The translations under genes were made by a program, and so were the position numbers. DNA of 62,938 nucleotides, filler included, from Intoshia linei (Eukaryota; Animalia; Orthonectida): the NCBI GenBank assembly GCA_001642005.1. It is 5 parts of 5 records of this genome, joined end to end, with 100 filler letters (N's around TTAATTAATTAA, not from the genome) between each part and the next. Parts side by side here need not be neighbours in the genome. Positions count along the whole stretch, not along the records: positions 27,060 to 46,992 come from LWCA01000706.1; positions 47,093 to 56,528 come from LWCA01001361.1; 3 more parts are not named here. One strand, given 5' to 3'. Positions 39,598 to 53,200 of this stretch are shown here, one piece after another. Under the pieces are notes generated by a model. The model saw only the letters and a program-made list of their open reading frames with translations, ran no database searches and was not told where the DNA came from. Every line of letters starts with the position of its first letter. Positions within the stretch are counted from its first letter, which is position 1.

Positions 39598-42500
39598 ATG
39601 ACACTATTTGTTAAATCACTATTGTCGAGTTCAAAAGATGATTTACCTGTCGGTGTTTCAACCTCAAATGGTAATGAAGCAATAAAAATTGCCTCGTTAA
39701 GTGCATTGCAAGGTTCACTCTCAATTGGATGGATTACACCGTCAAATGTTCAGAGTAATATCTCAAAATATATAAATCCAGTTTTAGTTTCAAAGCGTAA
39801 TCGTTTTAATCAGACACCTGACGAGATTAAGTTGAAATTTAATAGCGTTTTAAACAATGTCTACGACAAAGGAAATATATCGTCTTATTCCAAGCAACAC
39901 TCTACATGTAAAAATACAGACACTGTCTCCAATTCAATTGGTAATAAACATAATTCTTGTTTTTCCAGTAGACTCAATTATTTCAAGCAACTTTGCTCCA
40001 AAATTATGCCAGAAAAGGTATATAATCGTCAATGTAAAAGGAATTATTTAATTTCTTCTAATCCATCATTCGATATCCATAATACTCATTCAATTAACAA
40101 TCAAATTAACTCAAATGTATCGAATCTTGAACACACCGTAAAATATAAGCAAACTTATCTTGAAACTGACGCTGGACATTTAAAACACGAATCTAAACCA
40201 GTCAAGCGTATGTATAATTTTAAAGATCATTCAAACAGTTTATCTGTACCGGATTTGACAACCGTAGGTACCAAGAACCACATTAACTCTAGTCTCGATG
40301 ATAATACATTTGTGGATATCAAAAATATTGTTCCCATTAAGCAAAACCCATGGTATACTCGAGACAAGGCCATAAAGGCAAAAATGTTTACATCTAATTC
40401 CGAAATTACAAAGATTTCTAGAAATTTTAATGTTAGAACCAAAGAAAACATTAAAGATAATTGTGATACTCTAAAGAAATCTGCTCAAATACATGTTGCT
40501 CTAGAAAAAAGTAACATTATTATAGCCTACATTGTTTTATTAATGTTTATTGTTTGGAACATAGATTGAAATATTCTCTATTTGATTTTGGCCAATTAGT
40601 ATTTTAGTTGGAGAATAGTTAATTACTGAAATTGTTATTGCAACCATTTTTACTTTTTTATGTCTTTATGGACATTTAGAGGAAATTTTTAATAAAACCA
40701 TAAAATTCATTATGCAAAATGAATAAATGATTTAGTCTGAAATTAAGACATTAAATGTTGATTATAGAACATTTCCACTAGTTTTTCGATTTAACAGTAG
40801 GATTGGTTGTTTTTCTTATGGATATCGTACTACTTTAAAATTTCAGACATTTTATTTATATTGTGCATCAGATTTATTATGCGAATGCTCTCGATATAAT
40901 AGAAGTAACAAATGAATTATGATATTCAAGAATATACTTTTTTTAATTATCAATTTGGAAAAATGAGGCCACAATTTTACAATAATTTTGTCCAGCCCCA
41001 AGAGGAGTCTCGGGTACAGTAGAACCAACTTATAATCTTATTATTTTTTAATTGTACTGTATTCTCTTTTTTTGATTACTACAAGGTAATTGATGTTTGA
41101 TAATTTTGATTATCGCTTCCTATGATCAGAAATTAAATTTAGTTTAAATGGTAAAAATTGACATAGGACCAAACAATTTAGTTCAGAAATTTGGCGGGTC
41201 GCACGTTCAAATTTTTTTACTTCCTTATTCTAAAAATGGTTTAACCTCACTTTATATTTTATTTTTGAAAATTATGTTTTTTAGTGGTTTCAACACTGTA
41301 CATTGGGTAGTTCGGGTCGATGGATACAATCAAATTTGGCTTATTAACCAATATTTGTATATCACCAAAATATTGTTTAGAATTTATTATCTTAAAGGTT
41401 CATGACTTTGAAATGGTTATAAAGGTTCGGAAATCTTTCTTTGACAATTGACAACCCACTTTAAAACATCAAATACAGTATTTAGATTTATATATAGGTT
41501 TTATGATTGTCCCCATATCATCAATATTAATTTGATAGTGCTTAAATCTAACAAGTCACAAGACTGCCATGTTAAGATCGAATTGACTAAATAAATTTTT
41601 TAGTGAACTTTTTTGAATTTTTAATATTGACATAATTTACAATATTAAATGATAACCCTTCAATTTTACACATTAATAACGGTATTACTCAAAAAGTAAC
41701 AACCCTTAAACGAAAAATTCCATTTTACTAACCCTTAATGGAAAATCTATTTCCAATATTTTTTTGAAAAATCCGATTTTACCAACTCTTATGAGCAACG
41801 ACTTCCTAATCCAAAATAAAAAATCAAATTTTACCAACCTTTAATGAAAAAATTCCCTTTTTCTGATATTTTTTTGAAAAACACGATTTTACCAAATCTT
41901 ATGAAAAATCCCTTTAATTTTTTAATGAATATTTTATATTTCATGTTTTCTTTGGAGTCAAAAAAAATATTTGAAATTGGATCATATACACTATTTGAAT
42001 CGTGAACACTGTTTTATTGGGCTTGTCATTATTTTCCACTTGCACAGTAAATCAAAAAAATTATTTAAAGTTTATTGAGATAAATTATAAATAAACAATT
42101 ATTCACTAATTGATCAAAATTATACTTGATGGTGCAGTGTATTTTCTAAATTATTATAATTAAGCTGACTCGTTACCTATTTTTCGTAAATTTCTCTTGG
42201 TATAGTATCAAGAATTACTTTATATACAAGTATCAATTAAAAATTAGCTGTGAACCTCAATGCCAGATAAAAATTCTCGACGGCCCGTATTTCTAATTTT
42301 TTTCACGGTGGGTTCACCGAAGGGGTACGAAAACTTATCCATGACACTGGGCACTAATGTAAATATTTATGAATCGAATTTAGACTAAATTTTAAAGATT
42401 TTTAAAATACTATTTTATTCATTATTTTAGAACGTACTGTCAAAATAATTGAAAAATCCGAAAATACTCATAAAACAACAATTCCTGATATATTGGTTGA

Positions 42501-44607
42501 ACAAAATATTGTAAATATACTTGAAACAAATAAATCAGTACTTAATGAAACTAATTGTAAGCCTAGCCAAATGAATGACTTCCCAATATGGCCATTTATC
42601 AAAAAAGTTTCCCAAAACTCTGAAAAAGAGACACCTAAACCGATAAAAACTAAAAAAACTGTTAAAATTGAGAAAAATACCTTAAAAATGGAAAAAATGA
42701 CAAAAGTTTTGGAAATTGCATTATTGAAGGATAAGAAATCACAACATTTAACAATAGCTAATTTTAATGAAATGAATGGATCTAAAGAAATGAAGCCTCC
42801 TGACAATGTTTCAATTATACCTAAATTTGACGACTCCTTAACTATCACACCCATCGTTAAGTCTCATATTGCATCTAATTACGATACAACATATGAAACT
42901 AAAGACATTAACGACATTAATACTAATCCAGTTTTAAATAATGCATCATTACACAGACAGGATGATGAAACTGAACCTATGACAGTATCTAACCTCAGTA
43001 TAACAAAAAAAGAATTGCAAAAAAACGAAAATATACTTATAAATGTAGATTTGCCAATGATGACAATTATTAATAATAATAATGAATCTAAAGTTGAAAA
43101 AATTTTTAGAGAAAAATGTAATTTGAGCGACACATCTAGTAACAACAAAGATAGAATTAATGATGGATTTGTTGGAAAAATTCGTAAGAGGTTTACATCA
43201 CTGTCGCACAAAATTCACCACCAAAACAATAAAAAATTTTTTAAATATAAATGTGAATCTGAACCTATGGATATAAAATGTGTACAAGATGCTAAAGTTT
43301 TGGACGTTGTGTCAATAGATAAAAAAATACTCTTGACTGACAAAAAACATGCCTGTTATAAATACATAAAAAAAATTGAACAAGAACAAGATGTAGGTTT
43401 TAATTTTAATAATAATTCTAGTAATAAAAAAGGTCGCAAGTCTGTTTTACCCACAAAATCAAATAACAGAACTGCTCCTAATCCTCCCACGCGTCCCAAT
43501 TTATCTTGTAAAGATACACCATTAGAAAATTTACATGAAAAATTGAATAAATGTATTAAATTACAAATTTCTAAAGTTGAAGAATTAAAAAATGTGAAAC
43601 CAAATAATTTAAACAGGTATGATGGTACTGAAACTGTAAATATAAAAATTCAAAAAGAATTTATTTCAGAAAGTATAGATTGTGCGCCTTGTAAAGGCGA
43701 TACATATGAAAAAAAAATTGAAAATTGTAAAGTTTTGTCTAATAACAGTGAAATTGACAATATAATGCATCATAATGAAAAAAATATGGTAGAACTGGAA
43801 CAAGAGAAAGAAAATTCACAAACTGAGTTGGAGTCATCAAATGAAAAGGTTTCTATATCTTGCATTATGGATGAAGATAAAAATAGTTTTCTTGATTTAG
43901 AAAGCTGGAAACACTACACGTTTACACCAACCTACGAAGAAACTCCAAAAAAATCAAAATTATCTAGTTTTGTTATGAGGCCAGCTTCAAATATTATCCG
44001 GGATAAGGACGAAAGAAATTCATACAGTTCAAAAATGTCAACAATCACAGAAACACTGGGAAATTGTAATGTCAACATTTCTCCAGAACATTTACACACT
44101 CGAAATTTTATTAAAGAGTTTTTAGATAAATTGAGGAGGGAAGAGGGTGATTCAGATATCGATTCAGATGACTACGAATTTGTTGGAGCCGGTGTCATAG
44201 TCGATGATGGCTTATTCAAAAAGAAAAGAACGACTAACCGCCTCTCTTTTTCCGAGGCTCGTCCAACCGTATACGAGTACCCATCCGAACAGTGCCTTCT
44301 GGATACATATTTTGACACTTTTGATAATGGTGAAACTGATGATGCCCATGAACCTGTAAACGAAACTGAAGGAGAAGCGTGCACTCTGGATAATTACATT
44401 TCCAAATACCAGCCTGTTTATACTCTTGGTTCATACGGTATTGTTGATAGTCAAATACAAAGTAAACCAAACTCTGAAAACGCAAACCTTGGTCAATCCC
44501 TTTTACAATCTAAAGATTCTACCAAGAAAGACACTGAAGAATCCAAAAAACCCTATGTTGATTATATTCAAAACGACTTTTCCTTTTCCGCAGATATTTT
44601 ATTTTAA
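39598..44607 (+). CDS. Phostensin/taperin-family PP1-binding protein, about 1029 aa, 2 exons
   Basis: Exon 39598-40510 splices in phase to 42431-44607. The C-terminus has RLSF (RVxF) followed by PTVYEYPSE, LDNYISKY and terminal ADILF, as in taperin/phostensin homologues. The remainder is low-complexity. Confidence 0.7.
41700..42010 (+). repeat. Repeat family B copy
   Basis: Colinear with 3990-4240. Confidence 0.7.
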
Positions 44608-44919
44608 ATTGTATCAAAATATATAAATATACAAATTAAATAATTTCATATTTTGTTGATTTCCAACTAGTTTCTAATCCAGTTTTAGTAAACAATGCAT
44701 AATATAATTAATGAATTACATAAACTTATTGATTTTTCACATTGCTTGAAATTAAGGTCAAGTTTCTTCATTATAGGTAAATTTGATATCTGTTATCTCA
44801 ATCATTTAATACGACCTTCTTTAAAGCAGCTTCAACTCGAAACGTGTTTAATTGTAGTTTTAATCTAATCGCAATGATTTAAAACAAGTTACTTTGTATT
44901 ATTACATTTTTTAGTAAAT

Positions 44920-45846
44920 ATGAAATCCTTTCTAAAAAAATTTAAAAAAAAGGAGGATTCGACTGATGTAAATAGAACCACCACGAAAAGACTCAGCACT
45001 GCTCAATTAGCACATAGGTTATCGATGATCGAAAATGAACGTGGTAATTGGACAGGTAAATTTGACTTTTTCTTGTCGTGTCTGGGATATGCTGTAGGCC
45101 TCGGTAATGTTTGGCGTTTTCCATATCTATGTTATAAAAACGGTGGTGCAGTTTTTTTCATTCCATACATTTGCATGCTCATTTTTCTCGGTATACCCAT
45201 ATTCTTGCTAGAATTGACAATTGGACAATTTACATCACGTGGACCATTGGTATTATAATAATATTAATTTGTTGACGTTTATATAAGATGTATGTATAAT
45301 TTTATATTATTAAAATTTTAGAATTGCTGGGAAATGGCACCATTGTTTAAAGGTATAGGTGTGGGCATGCTATTGGTTTCTGGTTCTGTCGCAATTTATT
45401 ACAATGTCATAATTGCATGGGCTATGTTTTACATGGTGGCATCTTTCAAATCTGTTTTACCTTGGACTAGTTGTAATAATCCATGGAATAGTGTAGGTTT
45501 TTTCATTTTTTCCATTTTTCATTTCAATAATTTAGGCTGTTATGATAAATCTTGGTTGACCCCCGATAATTGCACGTCAGCTGGATATACTCATTTTCTT
45601 TTAAATGGAACCTGCATGGGAAATAATACGCTTTACGGTTATACCAATGTTACAATGGCAACATTGGCCAATATTAAACCCGTTTCAGCTGCCGAAGATT
45701 ATATGAAGTGTCATGTTCTAGGAAATTGCTATTCTGAAGGAATCGGTGATTTAGGACCCATAAATTGGAAAATGGCATTATGCCTTTTAGGTGCGTGGGT
45801 GCTCATTTTTCTATGTCTTTGTCGTGGCATCAAATCTTCTGGCAGG
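44920..45846 (+). CDS. SLC6 Na+/Cl- dependent amino-acid (glycine/proline-type) transporter, 5' half only
   Basis: Exons 44920-45249, 45322-45496 and 45536-45846. Motifs [48 protein letters not shown] and GIKSSGR|GT. Downstream exons not found. Confidence 0.92.
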
Positions 45847-46449
45847 GTAGTTTTATTCTATTTTTATTATCTTATTATTATTATTATTATCATACATGTT
45901 GTATAGTCTAAATTTTATAGTTTTTGAATAATTCTATAATTATTCATTATGTATAGTATACATTTATAATGAACATAAATGCTTTAATTTTTTTTTAATC
46001 TGTAGTTAATTTATCGTATTTTGATACTTAAATAAAATCACATAATAACACTAATTTTTTAATACGCAATTGAAATACTTGTTGCTTCCAGTTAAAATAT
46101 GTTTTCACATTTATAATTTTTAATCTGAAAATAATATTGTTTCTTGCTGTGAATTGACGTGATTGACAATAATTTATTAATTTAAGTCATGTTACTTGTT
46201 TAGATATTTTCTAATTTTAAGTCGATATTATTACATTTCAGTATATTAATTAAATATATGAACTGTTAATGAATAGACTTTATGGATTAATGAACAGTAT
46301 ACAGTATGTATAATAAAAGCAGGGCTGTCGGCTGATGAGAATATTTAATTTTTTAGATAAAAGTTAGACTGATCGTTATACGCTGCATAGAAATTTGTAT
46401 AATATTTTGCAAAATAATGTTACCTTTCTTTGGTGAATATATATTGCCT

Positions 46450-46740
46450 AGTTTTGATTTTCAAAAAAAAGGATAATTAGGCTTTTTGATCCGTAAAATG
46501 CGAGTTTGGAAAGTTGAAATTTATTTTGCTAACACCCCGGAAAAAACTAATTAAAATCTGGAATTTATAAAATTCTAAGATTGGTAGTTATTGAAATAAA
46601 CCGTATCATACAAACAAACAAATATTGCATAGCATATTATATAAGTAAGAATGTTATTTATTTATGTTAAATAACTAGCTTGACTGTTATGTACTTCCTA
46701 CAAACAGCATCTTAGATCTGCGTAGGGCGAACTTTTAGTA
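46450..46740 (+). mobile_element. Family A 3' end immediately followed by a family A 5' end
   Basis: ...caaacaaac...tattatataagtaagaat (ends about 46652), then actagcttgactgttatgtacttcc (46672). Confidence 0.7.
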
Positions 46741-46992
46741 ATAAATATGCAAAGAAGTAGATTATTCGAATATGTATTTAATTAATAAATACACAATAAT
46801 TTAAAATAATAATTAAGATTCTTGGATAGTATAGTAACATATAGTATCAATATATCTTTAGTCAATAGTAAATACTACACCTCCCTACATAAGAGTAATG
46901 TTCTGAGAAAAAAATTTTTTTCATCTATGTGAGGATATTCGGACAGGCGGATATTTTCGCTAAGACAAAAGTCGAGTATATACTCGTAGTGC

Positions 46993-47092
46993 NNNNNNNN
47001 NNNNNNNNNNNNNNNNNNNNNNNNNNNNNNNNNNNNTTAATTAATTAANNNNNNNNNNNNNNNNNNNNNNNNNNNNNNNNNNNNNNNNNNNN
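46993..47092. other. Assembly gap spacer
   Basis: N44-TTAATTAATTAA-N44. Confidence 0.97.
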
Positions 47093-47812
47093 TCATCACT
47101 AAATACAACTTTGTTCCAATAATCGATATTTTTGTTTTTTTTTAATATGCCCCAAAATTTTCTGTTCTTTTTGTGACACTTAAATAATTTCGGCTTTACG
47201 GCTGTTATTCTTCCGAATAAATTATTTCGCCTTAAAATGCGTTTAATGGTATCAATTGACGCTCTGCTAGCGAACCACCCTGAGTTTCTAATCTCTCTAG
47301 CTGATTAAAAAGGATTTAATTTGGAGGTTGGTGTCATTAAACGTTCTTCTTTTGAACTAAATAATTGTTTCCTACTTGCACCAACTTTTCGTTCAATTCC
47401 ATCTCCATTTTTAAATTTTTTGAGAACATTTTGAACGCTTGATCTGCAAACCGCGGTTTTCCTCGAAATTTCAGATTGGTTCATACCGCTTTTGAAATAT
47501 TTTTCAATGTCATGCTTTATAAATTTGTTAATTATCGCCATTTAAAATTTATTAACAGTTTAATTGACATGCCAGTTTATTTTGCACGACTGTTTTATTT
47601 TAATAAATTCATTATCATTTTTAAATTGCCTGTATTTTAATTAAAAAATTGTGCATCAATTACAGTATTCACTTAAATAAATCTCATCATTTGGATGTAC
47701 GAGTAATTTTTATTTTTATATTTTAAATATTATTTAATGTTTTCGAATTTAATTATTGTTTATGAAGAAGTAATATTTTTTAACAAGTGCCAGTTTATTT
47801 TGCACAGCACTG
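47093..47812 (-). mobile_element. Tc1 element (IR/DR type), 5' part with defective transposase
   Basis: TA|cagtgctgtgcaaaataaactggcac TIR with an inner direct repeat near 47571. HTH GMNQSEISRKTAVCRSSVQNVLKKFK...NPF*SAREI...TIKRILRRNNLFGR. Confidence 0.88.
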
Positions 47813-48330
47813 TATATGTCATATAGAGTGTGTAAAACTGTAAAATGTACACATTCTATGGGTTAATTGTAGAATATGTAAAACTTTCATTTATATTTTA
47901 GTTTAAATTTGGGTTTTAGTAATTTTTTTTGAACCAAACTTTCAAGGGGAGGTTTTTAAGATTTTTTTTGAACACAGTTTTACAAATTCTATGCAACATA
48001 TACTTAATTATTTTTTATTACAGCAACAAAACTAAAAAAATCAAATTTTTCTTCTAATTTTAGTGATTTTCTTTTTAACGCCATTTTGGAGGTTAAACTT
48101 TATTATTAAAACAATTAGTCGAAATGTTAAGGTTTCAAAAATCATTTTCTACAAAAATTTAATAATTTATTTTAACAAAATCTTGAATATTCATTTGAAA
48201 AAACAAATTGTCTGTCCACTATAAGCGAATTTTTGTCCCTTATATCCGGATGTCTCTTATAAGCGGATTCCACTGTATATTGAAAAAAATTATTTTTTGA
48301 ATATTTTTTATCGAATAAAAAGAACATGAA

Positions 48331-50194
48331 TCAAAAGTTTATAAAACAATATAATAAATTTTCAACAGTTCCCAACACACCTGTTGGAAAGCAGCCCTAA
48401 AAAATAAACAAAAAATACACAGCATTTCTAATCACGCATCATTTTGAAACGCTACTCGAAATGTTTAATATTTGGATAAATAAAAAAAAATTACCGGAAT
48501 AGTATCATTTATTTTTTCTGGTAAATTGGTATGAGTGGGCGGATAACTAGGAAAAGACAGACTATGTTGTTTAGATTGTGATAAAGGACTATTAGAATCA
48601 TTTGGAGCAAAATTTTTTGATGCTTGAATTTGAAATGGAGAAATTTCCACATTAGTATTTATCTTCTTAACTTTGTCATCATCCCAAAACATGACAGATT
48701 TAGCCTTACTATAATTCTCATCAATTGACACATCGACGTTATCGTTTTTTTCCAATTTTACTGATTTTAATTGTTTAAGTCTAACACAAATACTATGATT
48801 AATTTTAACTGAAGCCAATGAATGAGCAATAATTTCATTATAATCAATGTCAGAGTCTGAATTATTGGATGATTTATTAGATGAAACATGTTCTTCTTGT
48901 GATGAGTTGTTTATATTTACACCAGGGGAATTATCCATAAGAGAATTATCTAAATTGTGTTTTTCCATTTTATCCGTTTCTTCATTATGCTCATTTTTAA
49001 AGAAATTAGAATTATGAAAAGTATCATCCCTTAATTCATCTTTCAAACAACTTTTAGCTGAACTAGAATTGCAAAACTTATTATTATATTTATCTAAATT
49101 AAGGTGTTTTAAAAATCCTTTATCATTTTTCTCAATAGTGCCTTGATTAGAAATAGTATTAGGTTCTTTGAATGCAGAAATTTTGTTTTCATTATCATCA
49201 CTATTTGAATCGTGATTTATTTTGGAATAATTCGAGAATCTATTCTTCATCTGACGTTTGGATCTTGAAAATTTATCAATAGATTTGAAAAGTTCAAATT
49301 TTGAAATATTTCCAAAAAATTTTTCTTTGAGCTCGTCTTTAATTAAATCGTGATATCTTGTAAGTTTAGATGATTCAAGATTAATAAAATCACCATTCAA
49401 ATAATTAAAATCGTTGGCATTGAAAAATAGACCAAAATTTACATCTTTATCGATACTATGATTCCTAAATATGCATACCAATTAGTAAAAATTAAAGTCA
49501 CATTATGAAAAAGAAAAATAAATACTCAATATAAGGCTTATTATACTTTTTATAAGTTCAACCTAAAAATGTCCACAATAATGTATACCATGTCAATAAA
49601 AATTTTCCAAAATTTCACAACGATTCACTACAATCATATCGATTATTATTAGTGGTAAAATGTAATACAAACTTAAAAATATTAACATATAATTTATTAA
49701 ATAGTTTACTAAATGTATAATAAGTAGACTCAACATTATTGCATTAAGCTTAACCATTTTTTATTCATATATCGATTAAACGTTTAACGAAATTGAAGCT
49801 GTATATCTAATATTATCATACTTTTTAAAATAACAATAATTAAATAAGACAGATAGATGTCAACCTAAAAGTTACCTCAGTTTAGTTGTAAGACGCACAC
49901 ATTTTAATTTTGACGAGAGTAAGAAAGCTAAATTAGTTTTTCATAGCTTCTTATTAGCGAGCCTCAAAAATATTTGACATTTTAAATCAAGTTCTTATTC
50001 CATTCTATGTTATCAAAATAGTATGATTTGAAAATATATAAAAGAGTAATTCAATAATAATATTATATGTACAAAATTTTTAATTATTTCAAATCATTAA
50101 ATGTATATTTTTCATAAATATTATGGAACCTAACATAGCTTCGAATGATATATTCAGAACTAATGTAAACAAATGCAAAGTTACCTATTTCTTA
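48331..50194 (-). CDS. Unknown N/S/K-rich low-complexity protein, about 351 aa
   Basis: Exons 50175-50194, 48495-49464 and 48331-48396 join in frame. A 970-nt open exon in roughly 75% AT DNA is unlikely by chance. Confidence 0.55.
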
Positions 50195-50272
50195 TATCAT
50201 TCATTACCAAATTTTCAGGTTCGCATCATTATAAGGTGAATTTAAGTTGGATGTTCCATTTGGACATTACGG

Positions 50273-53200
50273 TTATCCACTAGGAATGTTTCGTATTAAT
50301 TCGTGTTCGAATCGGGGATCAATACCCCTTGGAATTAATAACTGTAACGTCGAAATCAACATCCAATCATCTAATGTGTTAGGTTCCATTTTTTATTTTT
50401 GTATAATATTAATTTAAGGAAACATGGAACATGGCAATATCATAAAAAATAGAATTTTCTATATTTGTGGGATATCTTTTACTCATATAAAATGTAATAT
50501 TAGTATATCTAGTGTTAAAAAAAATTAACAGTGCTAAAATTAAAAATATCGAATTTGTAATAGTTTTTCAAGAGTGATACAGTATCGCAAATTTTATTTC
50601 CTGAAATCGAATTCTTCAGGATTTAAAAACCAATGCCTCTTTTTTATTAAAAATAAAATCAGTCCTAAAATTTAAAAAATCATATATTCTAAGATGCGTT
50701 GTTAATTTATTCACATTGTCGTAAATATCAACCTCAGAAACTTAAATCTTCAAGGTCAAAAAATCAAATTACCAATTATAAACACAATGACAATACACAA
50801 TTAAAACAATGATTTTATCAATCACTGGACGATGTTGAAAAATAAGTCTGGTCATCATTTATTAGTTTTACAAATAATTTCCTGGGGACTAAGCGTACAT
50901 CTAATTAAAAAAATTTAATCGAGCTAATTAAGAGATAGCTGCCGTTTTTACGTAGTAAATAACAGTCAAGCTATTAATAAATATAAATAAAAAAATACGT
51001 TTGATTTTCAGTGTTTTCATCTAAATATAATAGTCAATAAAATAAATTTTTTTAGCATGTAACTACTTTACACACTGACAAGCCAAAGATACATCTAGGG
51101 TGGGATAATTAACAATCAATTATAAAATAAAATAAGAGAATATTCTTAAATACAATCATTTTTACTAAAAATCAAAATTTACTAACCCTAAAAGAAAAAA
51201 TCTTGTTTTACCAACTTTTAAGGGAATATCTACTTTGGTAAAACTGAATTTTTCCTTTTAGCGCTGTTAAAACTGCAATTTTCCCTTAAGGCTTGTTAAA
51301 TTTTGATTTTTAGTAAAAATGGTTGAATTTAAATAAAAGTGGATGGATTTTAGTAACAATGGTTGGATTTAAGTAAAAATGTTTGGATTTAAGTAGACAC
51401 CCATAAAATAAATACAAATTTAATAATATATAATTGGAAATCGTTTCTACAAAATACAGTAGAGCATCTATACGCTATACAGACCTGTATAGCGTAATCC
51501 GTATGTATATTAATTATAATTAAGCTAAAAATGTATGCCTGTTTGTCTCTTCCTGTATATTTAAAAAAGTAAGAAGTAGAGTTCTAAAAACACTACAATT
51601 TTTAAAGAATAATGTTTTATCAATAATTTTATTTCCTGAAATTGACTATTTCAGGGTTAAAAACCTATATTACCTATTTTTTAAAAATTATATGTAATAT
51701 AATATGTGTGTAGTATAACAACATAGTTCTTATTACTTTCACTTTAGTTACAACTTAATTATTATACTCTTAATATCTTTATGAGTTATTATTACTCTAT
51801 GAATAATGCATGTTTAATCACATTACCCAAGAACCTAGATCAGTGGTTCCCAAATGGGGGACCTACAGAGTCTGAGGGGGCCTTAAATTTAAGAAAAATT
51901 TTAAAATTATATTAGAATCGTTAACATTAATTTGATTTAGTATTTGATTATAATTATAATATATATTATAATATAATCTTGAAATTTGGATTATAATAAA
52001 TTTAAATGTTCTTAACCCTTACGAGACAATAACACGTATATAAACAAAAAAGAATAATCATAAATTTACAATTGTTTGTATACTAGGCCCTAGTAACTAG
52101 GGTGTCAATTACATTAAAGTATGATTTATAACGAAAATAAAACCAGTAATATTAAGATAAAATTTTTTAATCGTTGTTGTAATAATATAATAAACATATT
52201 CACTATTTTGTACTAATTGATGTTGTCTAAAAATATTTGTATACTGTTGGGGGTCGTCAATATATTTTTTTGGGAACCACTGTCCTAAAACGGTGATAGT
52301 GACCAATCATAAATTGATTCCTTCAGTTTTTTTATCATTACTACGCAATTTTGTCATCTTCAAAAAGTTGAGAATCAAATGAAGTATAACTTTTTCATTA
52401 TCATTTTGATATTTATTTCTATGTTAATAACATTCCTTCATCCGAAAAATGTTTTTAAATGGTATGTACAGAGCCATCTTAAGCCACTTCGGGGCCTTTA
52501 AAATTTCGAGCGAAGCGATAAAAAAAAATTAGTTCCCCTGTTTAGACAGGTTTAGAAGACAGGGCGTACTGTTGGTCGGAGACTTAGAGTTTTATTTCAT
52601 TGAGTATTAATACAAGCATTAAAAGATATTATGTAGGTTTCTAGTAACTTTTATTTATTTTACAAAAACCTACTTACATTAATTAATGAACAAAGTTTAC
52701 TTTTTTATTTGAAAATATGGACCATGCAGTCACAAAAAATTCTTGATAATTCTTAACAAATGTTGTTTTCTCACTTTTTTCTGAGAGAAATCAGATATGA
52801 TATTATCAAAACTGATATCATTCTCAATTGACATTAAGGAGAGCGCATTCAAACGAGGTTGAGCTAAGCAATTTCGAAGTTCATTCTTAATTATTTTTAG
52901 TTTAGAAAAATTTCAATCTTCAATAAACTTCAAAACTTATAAACTGATTCTTAAGATATAAATGTGAAGTATTTTTTAATAAATTGGGGCCTCTTTTTAA
53001 GATATAAATGTAAGTACTTTTATTAATTTGGGGTTTTTTTTAATGAGGGGCCCTGGGCTATAGCCCGTATTGCCCATGCCTTAAAACGGCTCTGGGTATG
53101 TATTCGTTAATTATAATTATTGATACAAGATATTTTTAACACTATGTGTGTGGTACCATTTGAAATTAGTTAGCATTTCTATATTTTCCAAATACCGCAT

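Noticed and set aside
42468-44485. Antisense ORFs over the phostensin-like exon (also over SKIV2L and PGAM5)
   Set aside because: These are shadow ORFs of real coding exons, with no motifs of their own.
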